Shown here one piece after another: positions 52,800 through 64,000 of a DNA stretch of 64,000 nt. A model generated the notes under the pieces. That model did no database searches, was not told where the DNA came from, and worked only from the letters and a program-made list of their open reading frames with translations. The first letter of the stretch is position 1; each line of letters starts with the position of its first letter. This stretch comes from Euprymna scolopes (Eukaryota), in NCBI GenBank assembly GCA_053919585.1, contig JBSSHM010000055.1; one strand, written 5' to 3'. Position numbers and translations under genes: made by a program.

Positions 52800-55700
52800 A
52801 TAGTAAGATTATTTATGTATATCGTTTTTGTATTATTCTGTTGAATAGTGAATAGTCAGATTATGTATTGATATCGTTTTTGTATTATTCTGTTGAATAG
52901 TGAATAGTAAGATTATTTATGTATATCGTTTTTGTATTATTCTGTTGAATAGTGAATAGTAAGATTATTTATGTATATCGTTTTTGTATTATTCTGTTGA
53001 ATAGTGAATAGTCAGATTATGTATTGATATCGTTTTTGTATTATTCTGTTGAATAGTGAATAGTCAGATTATGTATTGATATCGTTTTTGTATTATTCTG
53101 TTGAATAGTGAATAGTCAGATTATGTATTGATATTGTTTTTGTATTATTCTGTTGAATAGTGAATAGTAAGATTATTTATGTATATCGTTTTTGTATTAT
53201 TCTGTTGAATAGTGAATAGTCAGATTATGTATTGATATCGTTTTTGTATTATTCTGTTGAATAGTGAATAGTCAGATTATTTATGTATATCGTTTTTGTA
53301 TTATTCTGTTGAATAGTGAATAGTAAGATTATTTATGTATATCGTTTTTGTATTATTCTGTTGAATAGTGAATAGTCAGATTATGTATTGATATCGTTTT
53401 TGTATTATTCTGTTGAATAGTGAATAGTAAGATTATTTATGTATATCGTTTTTGTATTATTCTGTTGAATAGTGAATAGTAAGATTATTTATGTATATCG
53501 TTTTTGTATTATTCTGTTGAATAGTGAATAGTCAGATTATGTATTGATATCGTTTTTGTATTATTCTGTTGAATAGTGAATAGTCAGATTATGTATTGAT
53601 ATCGTTTTTGTATTATTCTGTTGAATAGTGAATAGTCAGATTATGTATTGATATTGTTTTTGTATTATTCTGTTGAATAGTGAATAGTCAGATTATGTAT
53701 TGATATCGTTTTTGTATTATTCTGTTGAATAGTGAATAGTCAGATTATGTATTAATATCGTTTTTGTATTATTCCGTTAAAAAGTGAATAGTAAGATTAT
53801 GTATTGATATCGTTTTTGTATTATTCTGTTGAATAGTGAATAGTAAGATTATTTATGTATATCGTTTTTGTATTATTCTGTTGAATAGTGAATTGTCAGA
53901 TTATGTATTGATATCGTTTTTGTATTATTCTGTTGAATAGTGAATAGTAAGATTATTTATGTATATCGTTTTTGTATTATTCTGTTGAATAGTGAATAGT
54001 AAGATTATTTATGTATATCGTTTTTGTATTATTCTGTTGAATAGTGAATTGTCAGATTATGTATTGATATCGTTTTTGTATTATTCTGTTGAATAGTGAA
54101 TAGTAAGATTATTTATGTATATCTATTTTGTATTATTCTGTTTAATAGTGAATAGTAAGATTATTTATGTATATCGTTTTTGTATTATTCTGTTGAATAG
54201 TGAATTGTCAGATTATGTATTGATATCGTTTTTGTATTATTCTGTTGAATAGTGAATAGTAAGATTATTTATGTATATCGTTTTTGTATTATTCTGTTGA
54301 ATAGTGAATAGTAAGATTATTTATGTATATCGTTTTTGTATTATTCTGTTGAATAGTGAATAGTCAGATTATGTATTGATATCGTTTTTGTATTATTCTG
54401 TTGAATAGTGAATAGTAAGATTATTTATGTATATCGTTTTTGTATTATTCTGTTGAATAGTGAATAGTAAGATTATTTATGTATATCGTTTTTGTATTAT
54501 TCTGTTGAATAGTGAATAGTCAGATTATGTATTGATATCGTTTTTGTATTATTCTGTTGAATAGTGAATAGTCAGATTATGTATTGATATCGTTTTTGTA
54601 TTATTCTGTTGAATAGTGAATAGTCAGATTATGTATTGATATTGTTTTTGTATTATTCTGTTGAATAGTGAATAGTAAGATTATTTATGTATATCGTTTT
54701 TGTATTATTCTGTTGAATAGTGAATAGTCAGATTATGTATTGATATCGTTTTTGTATTATTCTGTTGAATAGTGAATAGTAAGATTATTTATGTATATCG
54801 TTTTTGTATTATTCTGTTGAATAGTGAATAGTAAGATTATTTATGTATATCGTTTTTGTATTATTCTGTTGAATAGTGAATAGTCAGATTATGTATTGAT
54901 ATCGTTTTTGTATTATTCTGTTGAATAGTGAATAGTCAGATTATGTATTGATATCGTTTTTGTATTATTCTGTTGAATAGTGAATAGTAAGATTATTTAT
55001 GTATATCGTTTTTGTATTATTCTGTTGAATAGTGAATAGTCAGATTATGTATTGATATCGTTTTTGTATTATTCTGTTGAATAGTGAATAGTAAGATTAT
55101 TTATGTATATCGTTTTTGTATTATTCTGTTGAATAGTGAATAGTAAGATTATTTATGTATATCGTTTTTGTATTATTCTGTTGAATAGTGAATAGTCAGA
55201 TTATGTATTGATATCGTTTTTGTATTATTCTGTTGAATAGTGAATAGTCAGATTATGTATTGATATCGTTTTTGTATTATTCTGTTGAATAGTGAATAGT
55301 CAGATTATGTATTGATATTGTTTTTGTATTATTCTGTTGAATAGTGAATAGTAAGATTATGTATTGATATCGTTTTTGTATTATTCTGTTAAATAGTGAA
55401 TAGTCAGATTATGTATTGATATCGTTTTTGTATTATTCTGTTGAATAGTGAATAGTCAGATTATGTATTGATATCGTTTTTGTATTATTCTGTTGAATAG
55501 TGAATAGTCAGATTATGTATTAATATCGTTTTTGTATTATTCCGTTAAATAGTGAATAGTAAGATTATGTATTGATATCGTTTTTGTATTATTCTGTTGA
55601 ATAGTGAATAGTAAGATTATTTATGTATATCGTTTTTGTATTATTCTGTTGAATAGTGAATAGTAAGATTATGTATTGATATCGTTTTTGTATTATTCCG

Positions 55701-57090
55701 TTGAATAGTGAATAGTCAGATTATGTATTGATATTGTTTTTGTATTATTCTGTTGAATAGTGAATAGTCAGATTATGTATAGATATCGTTTTTGTATTAT
55801 TCTGTTGAATAGTGAATAGTCAGATTATGTATTGATATTGTTTTTGTATTATTCTGTTGAATAGTGAATAGTCAGATTATGTATTGATATCGTTTTTGTA
55901 TTATTCTGTTGAATAGTGAATAGTCAGATTATGTATTGATATTGTTTTTGTATTATTCTGTTGAATAGTGAATAGTCAGATTATGTATTGATATCGTTTT
56001 TGTATAATTCCTTTGAATAGTGAATAGTCAGATTATGTATTGATATCGTTTTTGTATTATTCCGTTGAATAGTAAATAGTAAGATTATGTATTGATATCG
56101 TTTTTGTATTATTCTGTTGAATAGTGAATAGTAAGATTATTTATGTATATCGTTTTTGTATTATTCTGTTGAATAGTGAATAGTCAGATTATGTATTGAT
56201 ATTGTTTTTGTATTATTCTGTTGAATAGTGAATAGTCAGATTATGTATTGATATCGTTTTTGTATTATTCCGCTGAATAGTGAATAGTCAGATTATGTAT
56301 TGATATCGTTTTTGTATAATTCCTTTGAATAGTGAATAGTCAGATTATGTAGTGATATCGTTTTTGTATAATTCCTTTGAATAGTGAATAGTCAGATTAT
56401 GTAGTGATATCGTTTTTTTATTATTCTGTTGAATAGTGAATAATCCGATTATGTTTTGTTATCATTGTTGTATTATTCTGTTGAATAGTGAATCGTCAGA
56501 TTATGTATTGATATCGTTTTTGTATTATTCTGTTGAATAGTGAATAGTCAGATTATGTATTGATATCGTTTTTGTATTATTCTGTTGAATAGTGAATAGT
56601 CAGATTATGTATTGATATCGTTTTTGTATTATTCTGTTGAATAGTGAATAGTCAGATTATGTATTGATATCGTTTTTGTATTATTCCGTTGAATAGTGAA
56701 TATTCAGATTATTTATTAATATCGTTTTTGTATTATTCTGTTGAATAGTGAATAGTCAGATTATGTATTGATATCGTTTTTGTATTTTTCTGTTGAATAG
56801 TGAATAGTCAGATTATGTATTGATATCGTTTTTGTATTATTCTGTTGAATAGTTAATAGTCAGATTATGTATTGATATTGTTTTTGTATTATTCTGTTGA
56901 ATAGTGAATAGTCAGATTATGTATTGATATCGTTTTTGTATAATTCCTTTGAATAGTGAATAGTCAGATTATGTATTGATATCGTTTTTGTATTATTCCG
57001 TTGAATAGTAAATAGTAAGATTATGTATTGATATCGTTTTTGTATTATTCTGTTGAATAGTGAATAGTAAGATTATTTATGTATATCGTT
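52800..57090. repeat. Satellite subfamily domain carrying GTAAGATTATTTATGTATATCG monomers
   Basis: About 25 monomers with this variant lie between 52803 and ~57088, densest at 52.8-55.2 kb, interspersed with consensus CTG monomers. I did not see it elsewhere in the window. Confidence 0.92.
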
Positions 57091-57860
57091 TTTGTATTAT
57101 TCTGTTGAATAGTGAATAGTCAGATTATGTATTGATATTGTTTTTGTATTATTCTGTTGAATAGTGAATAGTCAGATTATGTATTGATATCGTTTTTGTA
57201 ATGTTCCGTTGAATAGTGAATAGTCAGATTATGTATTGATATCGTTTTTGTATTATTCCGTTGAATAGTGAATAGTCAGATTATGTATTGATATCGTTTT
57301 TGTATTATTCCGTTGAATAGTGAATAGTCAGATTATGTATTGATATCGTTTTTGTATAATTCCTTTGAATAGTGAATAGTCAGATTATGTAGTGATATCG
57401 TTTTTTTATTATTCTGTTGAATAGTGAATAATCCGATTATGTTTTGTTATCATTGTTGTATTATTCTGTTGAATAGTGAATCGTCAGATTATGTATTGAT
57501 ATCGTTTTTGTATTATTCTGTTGAATAGTGAATAGTCAGATTATGTATTGATATCGTTTTTGTATTATTCTGTTGAATAGTGAATAGTCAGATTATGTAT
57601 TGATATCGTTTTTGTATTATTCTGTTGAATAGTGAATAGTCAGATTATGTATTGATATCGTTTTTGTATTATTCCGTTGAATAGTGAATATTCAGATTAT
57701 TTATTAATATCGTTTTTGTATTATTCTGTTGAATAGTGAATAGTCAGATTATGTATTGATATCGTTTTTGTATTTTTCTGTTGAATAGTGAATAGTCAGA
57801 TTATGTATTGATATCGTTTTTGTATTATTCTGTTGAATAGTTAATAGTCAGATTATGTAT
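55900..57860. repeat. Tandem duplication of an 18-19-monomer block
   Basis: AGTAAATAGTAAG at 56071/57007 is offset by 936 bp (18 monomers). TAATCCGATTATGTTTTGTT at 56441/57429 is offset by 988 bp (19 monomers). Confidence 0.82.
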
Positions 57861-58479
57861 TGATATCGTTTTTGTATTATTCTGTTGAATAGTGAATAGT
57901 CAGATTATGTATTGATATCATTTTTGTATTATTCCGTTGAATAGTGAATAGTCAGATTATGTATTGATATCGTTTTTGTATTATTCCGTTGAATAGTGAA
58001 TAGTCAAATTATGTATTGATATCGTTTTTGTATTATTCTGTTGAATAGTGAATAGTCAGATTATGTATTGATATCGTTTTTGTATTATTCTGTTGAATAG
58101 TGAATAGTCAAATTATGTATTGATATCGTTTTTGTATTATTCTGTTGAATAGTGAATAGTCCGATTATGTATTGATATCATTGTTGTTTTATTCGGTTTA
58201 ATAGTGAATAGTCAGATTATGTATTGATATCGTTTTTGTATTATTCTGTTGAATAGTGAATAGTCAGATTATGTATTGATATCGTTTGTGTATTATTCTG
58301 TTGATTAGTGAATAGTAAGATTATGTATTGATATCATTGTTGTATTATGCTGTTGAATAGTTAATATTCAGATTATGTATTGATATCATTTTTGTATTAT
58401 TCTGTTAAATAGTGAATAGTCAGATTATGTATTGATATCGTTTTTGTATTATTCCGTGGAATAGTGAATAGTCAGATTA

Positions 58480-61400
58480 TGTATTGATATCGTTTTTTTA
58501 TTAGTCCTTTTTATAGTGAATAGTCCGATTATGTATTGATATAATTGTTGTATTATTCTGTTGAATAGTGAATAGTCAGATTATGTATTGATATCGTTTT
58601 TGTATTATTCTGTTGAATAGTGAATAGTCCGATTATGTATTGATATCGTTTTTGTATTATTCTGTTGAATATTGAATAGTCAGATTATGTATTGATATCG
58701 TTTTTGTATTATTCCGTTGAATAGTGAATAGTCAGATTATGTATTGATATCGTTTTTGTATTATTCCGTTGAATAGTGAATAGTCAGATTATGTATTGAT
58801 ATCGTTTTTGTATTATTCCGTTGAATAGTGAATAGTCAGATTATGTATTGATATCGTTTTTTATTATTCCGTTGAATGGTGAATAGTCCGATTATGTATT
58901 GATATCATTGTTGTATTATTCTGTTGAATAGTGAATAGTCAGATTATGTATTGATATCGTTTTTGTATTATTCTGTTGAATAGTGAATAGTCAGATTATG
59001 TATTGATATCGTTTTTGTATTATTCCGTTGAATAGTGAATAGTCCGATTATATATTGATATCGTTTTTTTATTATTCCGTCAATAGTGAATAGTCAGATT
59101 ATGTATTGATATCGTTTTTTTATTAGTCCTTTTAATAGTGAATAGTCCGATTATGTATTGATATCGTTTTTGTATTATTCCTTTGAATAGTGAATAGTCA
59201 GATTATGTATTGATATCGTTTTTGTATTATTCTGTTGAATAGTGAATAGTCAGATTATGTATTGATATCGTTTTTGTATTATTCTGTTGAATAGTGAATA
59301 GTCAGATTATGTATTGATATCATTTTTGTATTATTCCGTTGAATAGTGAATAGTCAGATTATGTATTGATATCGTTTTTTTATTAGTCCTTTTAATAGTG
59401 AATAGTCCGATTATGTATTTATATAATTGTTGTATTATTCTGTTGAATAGTGAATAGTCAGATTATGTATTGATATCGGTTTTGTAATTTTCCGTTGAAT
59501 AGTGAATAGTCCGATTATGTATTGATATCGTTTTTGTATTATTCTGTTGAATATTGAATAGTCAGATTATGTATTGATATCGTTTTTGTATTATTCCGTT
59601 GAATAGTGAATAGTCAGATTATGTATTGATATTGTTTTTGTATTATTCCGTTGAATAGTGAATAGTCAGATTATGTATTGATATCGTTTTTGTATTATTC
59701 CGTTGAATAGTGAATAGTCAGATTATGTATTGATATCGTTTTTTTATTATTCCGTTGAATAGTGAATAGTCAGATTATGTATTGATATCGTTTTTGTATT
59801 AGTCTGTTGAATAGTGAATAGTCAGATTATGTATTGATATCGTTTTTTATTATTCCTTTGAATGGTGAATAGTCCGATTATGTATTGATATCATTGTTGT
59901 ATTATTCTGTTGAATAGTGAATAGTCAGATTATGTATTGATATCGTTTTTGTATTATTCCGTCGATTAGTGAATAGTCAGATTATGTATTGATATCGTTT
60001 TTGTATTATTCTGTTGAATAGTGAATAGTCAGATTATGTATTAATATCGTTTTTGTATTGTTCTGTTGAATAGTGAATAGTCAGATTATATATTGATATC
60101 GTTTTTTTATTATTCCGTTGAATAGTGAATAGTCAGATTATGTATTGATATCGTTTTTGTATTAGTCTGTTGAATAGTGAATAGTCAGATTATGTATTGA
60201 TATCGTTTTTGAATTTTTCCGTTGAATAGTGAATAGTCAGATTATGTATTGATATCGTTTTTGTATTTTTCCGTTGAATAGTGAATAGTCAGATTATGTA
60301 TTGATATCGTTTTTTTATTATTCCGTTGAATAGTGAATAGTCAGATTATGTATTGATATCGTTTTTGTATTATTCTGTTGAATAGTGAATAGTCAGATTA
60401 TGTATTGATATCGTTTTTGTATTATTCTGTTGAATAGTGAATAGTCAGATTATGTATTGATATCGTTTTTGTATTTTTCCGTTGAATAGTGAATAGTCAG
60501 ATTATGTATTGATATCGTTTTTTTATTATTCCGTTGAATAGTGAATAGTCAGATTATGTATTGATATCATTGTTGTATTATTCCGTTGAATAGTGAATAG
60601 TCAGATTATGTATTGATATCATTGTTGTATTATTCCGTTGAATAGTGAATAGTCAGATTATGTATTGATATCATTGTTGTATTATTCTGTTGAATAGTGA
60701 ATAGTCAGATTATGTATTGATATCGTTTTTGTATTATTCTGTTGAATAGTGAATAGTCAGATTATGTATTGATATCGTTTTTGTATTTTTCCGTTGAATA
60801 GTGAATAGTCAGATTATGTATTGATATCGTTTTTTTATTATTCCGTTGAATAGTGAATAGTCAGATTATGTATTGATATCATTGTTGTATTATTCCGTTG
60901 AATAGTGAATAGTCAGATTATGTATTGATATCGCTTTTGTATTATTCCGTTGAATAGTTAATATTCAGATTATGTATTGATATCATTTTTGTATTATTCC
61001 GTTGAATAGTGAATAGTCAGATTATGTATTGATATCGCTTTTGTATTATTCCGTTGAATAGTTAATATTCAGATTATGTATTGATATCATTTTTGTATTA
61101 TTCCGTTGAATAGTGAATAGTCAGATTATGTATTGATATCGCTTTTGTATTATTCCGTTGAATAGTTAATATTCAGATTATGTATTGATATCGTTTTTGT
61201 ATTATTCTGTTGAATAGTGAATAGTCAGATTATGTATTGATATCGCTTTTGTATTATTCCGTTGAATAGTTAATATTCAGATTATGTATTGATATCATTT
61301 TTGTATTATTCCGTTGAATAGTGAATAGTCAGATTATGTATTGATATCGCTTTTGTATTATTCCGTTGAATAGTTAATATTCAGATTATGTATTGATATC

Positions 61401-63445
61401 ATTTTTGTATTATTCCGTTGAATAGTGAATAGTCAGATTATGTATTGATATCGCTTTTGTATTATTCCGTTGAATAGTGAATAGTCAGATTATGTATTGA
61501 TATCGTTTTTGTATTATTCCGTCGAATAGTGATTAGTCAGATTATATATTGATATCGTTTTTTTATTATTCCGTTGAATAGTGAATAGTCAGATTATGTA
61601 TTGATATTGTTTTTGTATTATTTCGTTGAATAGTGAATAGTCAGATTATGTATTGATATCGTTTTTGTATTTTTCCGTTGAATAGTGAATAGTCAGATTA
61701 TGTATTGATATCGTTTTTTTATTATTCCGTTGAATAGTGAATAGTCCGATTATGTATTGATATCATTGTTGTATTATTCTGTTGAATAGTGAATAGTCAG
61801 ATTATGTATTGATATCGTTTTTGTATTTTTCCGTTGAATAGTGAATAGTCAGATTATGTATTGATATATTTTTTTTATTATTCCGTTGAATAGTGAATAG
61901 TCAGATTATGTATTGATATCGTTTTTTTATTATTCCTTTGAATGGTGAATAGTCCGATTATGTATTGATATCGTTTTTGTATTATTCTGTTGAATAGTGA
62001 ATAGTCAGATTATGTATTGATATCGTTTTTGTATTATTCCGTTGAATAGTGAATAGTCAGATTATGTATTGATATCGTTTTTTATTATTCCTTTGAATGG
62101 TGAATAGTCCGATTATGTATTGATATCGTTTTTGTATTATTCCGTTGAATAGTGAATAGTCAGATTATGTATTGATATCGTTGTTGTATTATTCTGTTGA
62201 ATAGTGAATAGTCAGATTATGTATTGATATCGTTTTTGTATTATTCCTTTGAATGGTGAATAGTCCGATTATGTATTGATATCATTGTTGTATTATTCTG
62301 TTGAATAGTGAATAGTCAGATTATGTATTGATATCGTTTTTGTATTATTCCGTCGAATAGTGAATAGTCAGATTATGTATTGATATCGTTTTTGTATTAT
62401 TCTGTTGAATAGTGAATAGTCAGATTATGTATTAATATCGTTTTTGTATTGTTCTGTTGAATAGTGAATAGTCAGATTATATATTGATATCGTTTTTTTA
62501 TTATTCCGTTGAATAGTGAATAGTCAGATTATGTATTGATATCGTTTTTGTATTAGTCTGTTGAATAGTGAATAGTCAGATTATGTATTGATATCGTTTT
62601 TGAATTTTTCCGTTGAATAGTGAATAGTCAGATTATGTATTGATATCGTTTTTGTATTTTTCCGTTGAATAGTGAATAGTCAGATTATGTATTGATATCG
62701 TTTTTTTATTATTCCGTTGAATAGTGAATAGTCAGATTATGTATTGATATCGTTTTTGTATTATTCTGTTGAATAGTGAATAGTCAGATTATGTATTGAT
62801 ATCGTTTTTGTATTATTCTGTTGAATAGTGAATAGTCAGATTATGTATTGATATCGTTTTTGTATTATTCTGTTGAATAGTGAATAGTCAGATTATGTAT
62901 TGATATCGTTTTTTATTATTCCTTTGAATGGTGAATAGTCCGATTATGTATTGATATCATTGTTGTATTATTCCGTTGAATAGTGAATAGTCAGATTATG
63001 TATTGATATCATTGTTGTATTATTCTGTTGAATAGTGAATAGTCAGATTATGTATTGATATCGTTTTTGTATTATTCTGTTGAATAGTGAATAGTCAGAT
63101 TATGTATTGATATCGTTTTTGTATTTTTCCGTTGAATAGTGAATAGTCAGATTATGTATTGATATCGTTTTTTTATTATTCCGTTGAATAGTGAATAGTC
63201 AGATTATGTATTGATATCATTGTTGTATTATTCCGTTGAATAGTGAATAGTCAGATTATGTATTGATATCGCTTTTGTATTATTCCGTTGAATAGTTAAT
63301 ATTCAGATTATGTATTGATATCATTTTTGTATTATTCCGTTGAATAGTGAATAGTCAGATTATGTATTGATATCGCTTTTGTATTATTCCGTTGAATAGT
63401 TAATATTCAGATTATGTATTGATATCATTTTTGTATTATTCCGTT
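58480..63445. repeat. ~5-kb block, copy 2 of the long-range duplication of ~39360-44270
   Basis: It carries the same ordered private variants as 39360-44270 at an offset of 19123-19176 bp. Confidence 0.9.
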
Positions 63446-64000
63446 GAATAGTGAATAGTCAGATTATGTATTGATATCGCTTTTGTATTATTCCGTTGAA
63501 TAGTTAATATTCAGATTATGTATTGATATCGTTTTTGTATTATTCTGTTGAATAGTGAATAGTCAGATTATGTATTGATATCGCTTTTGTATTATTCCGT
63601 TGAATAGTTAATATTCAGATTATGTATTGATATCATTTTTGTATTATTCCGTTGAATAGTGAATAGTCAGATTATGTATTGATATCGTTTTTGTATTATT
63701 CCGTCGAATAGTGAATAGTCAGATTATATATTGATATCGTTTTTTTATTATTCCGTTGAATAGTGAATAGTCTGATTATGTATTGATATCGTTTTTGTAT
63801 TATTTCGTTGAATAGTGAATAGTCAGATTATGTATTGATATCGTTTTTGTATTATTCCGTCGAATAGTGAATAGTCAGATTATATATTGATATCGTTTTT
63901 TTATTATTCCGTTGAATAGTGAATAGTCAGATTATATATTGATATCGTTTTTGTATTATTCCGTCGAATAGTGAATAGTCAGATTATATATTGATATCGT

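Larger units (their letters stand above)
1..64000. repeat. Tandem satellite DNA array, 52-bp monomer (consensus TATTCYGTTGAATAGTGAATAGTCAGATTATGTATTGATATCGTTTTTGTAT), ~1,230 copies, single orientation
   Basis: TATTCTGTTG starts at 1 and recurs at 53, giving a 52-bp period, and the unit continues to base 64000. Consensus composition is T25 A14 G10 C3. Each monomer has an internal 7-bp direct repeat (GAATAGT x2), a GATATC (EcoRV) palindrome and a T5 tract. Most monomers differ from consensus at only a few positions. No inversion or unique insertion was seen. Confidence 0.99.

Noticed and set aside
1-64000. CRISPR array
   Set aside because: The units are contiguous near-identical 52-mers with no unique spacers. 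There is no leader and no cas gene.
1-64000. Giant repetitive ORF on either strand
   Set aside because: 52 is not a multiple of 3, so every frame cycles through all phases within 156 bp. The + strand has several TGA/TAG per monomer and the - strand has TAA (x2) and TGA. No long ORF exists even if TGA alone or TAA/TAG alone were reassigned.
1-64000. Canonical telomerase-type telomeric repeat or G-quadruplex array
   Set aside because: The consensus has no GG runs, the unit is longer than known telomerase-templated repeats, and variants are inherited in blocks rather than reset to a template.
1-64000. Transposon, rDNA, tRNA or other insertion, or an inversion within the array
   Set aside because: Every stretch read matches the 52-bp monomer in the same orientation. 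No unique or reverse-oriented segment was seen by eye.
1-64000. Pure sequencing or rolling-circle amplification concatemer artefact
   Set aside because: Variants are non-random, linked, and hierarchically shared between blocks of differing divergence, as expected for an evolved array. Local misassembly of individual blocks cannot be excluded.
1-64000. CENP-B box
   Set aside because: The monomer lacks the TTCG-N4-A-N2-CGGG pattern.
1-64000. Information-bearing code in the CCG/CTG succession
   Set aside because: The order of variants is adequately explained by block duplication and local homogenisation. Nothing in the sequence points to a reading mechanism.

Overview
The whole 64-kb window is one uninterrupted head-to-tail tandem array of an AT-rich 52-bp satellite monomer, consensus TATTC(T/C)GTTGAATAGTGAATAGTCAGATTATGTATTGATATCGTTTTTGTAT. 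It holds about 1,230 copies at about 25-27% GC, all in one orientation, and runs off both ends. I found no unique sequence, ORF, RNA gene, transposon insertion or CRISPR spacer. It looks like eukaryotic satellite DNA (centromeric, pericentromeric or subtelomeric heterochromatin), but I do not recognise the family or the organism. The informative signal lies in the variants: (i) nested block duplications and higher-order repeats of about 2, 10, 18-20, 44 and 49 monomers, plus a ~5-kb block copied ~19.1 kb away; (ii) spatially restricted monomer subfamilies, including a length-preserving variant at 52.8-57.1 kb that destroys the GATATC site; (iii) a short dyad (TATTC-N4-GAATA) whose loop carries much of the common variation; (iv) a T-tract repeated every ~5 helical turns, with a trimer of 156 bp; (v) variants at CpG sites that suggest methylation. 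I cannot support a novel gene system here. All coordinates were read by eye and block boundaries are approximate to about one monomer.
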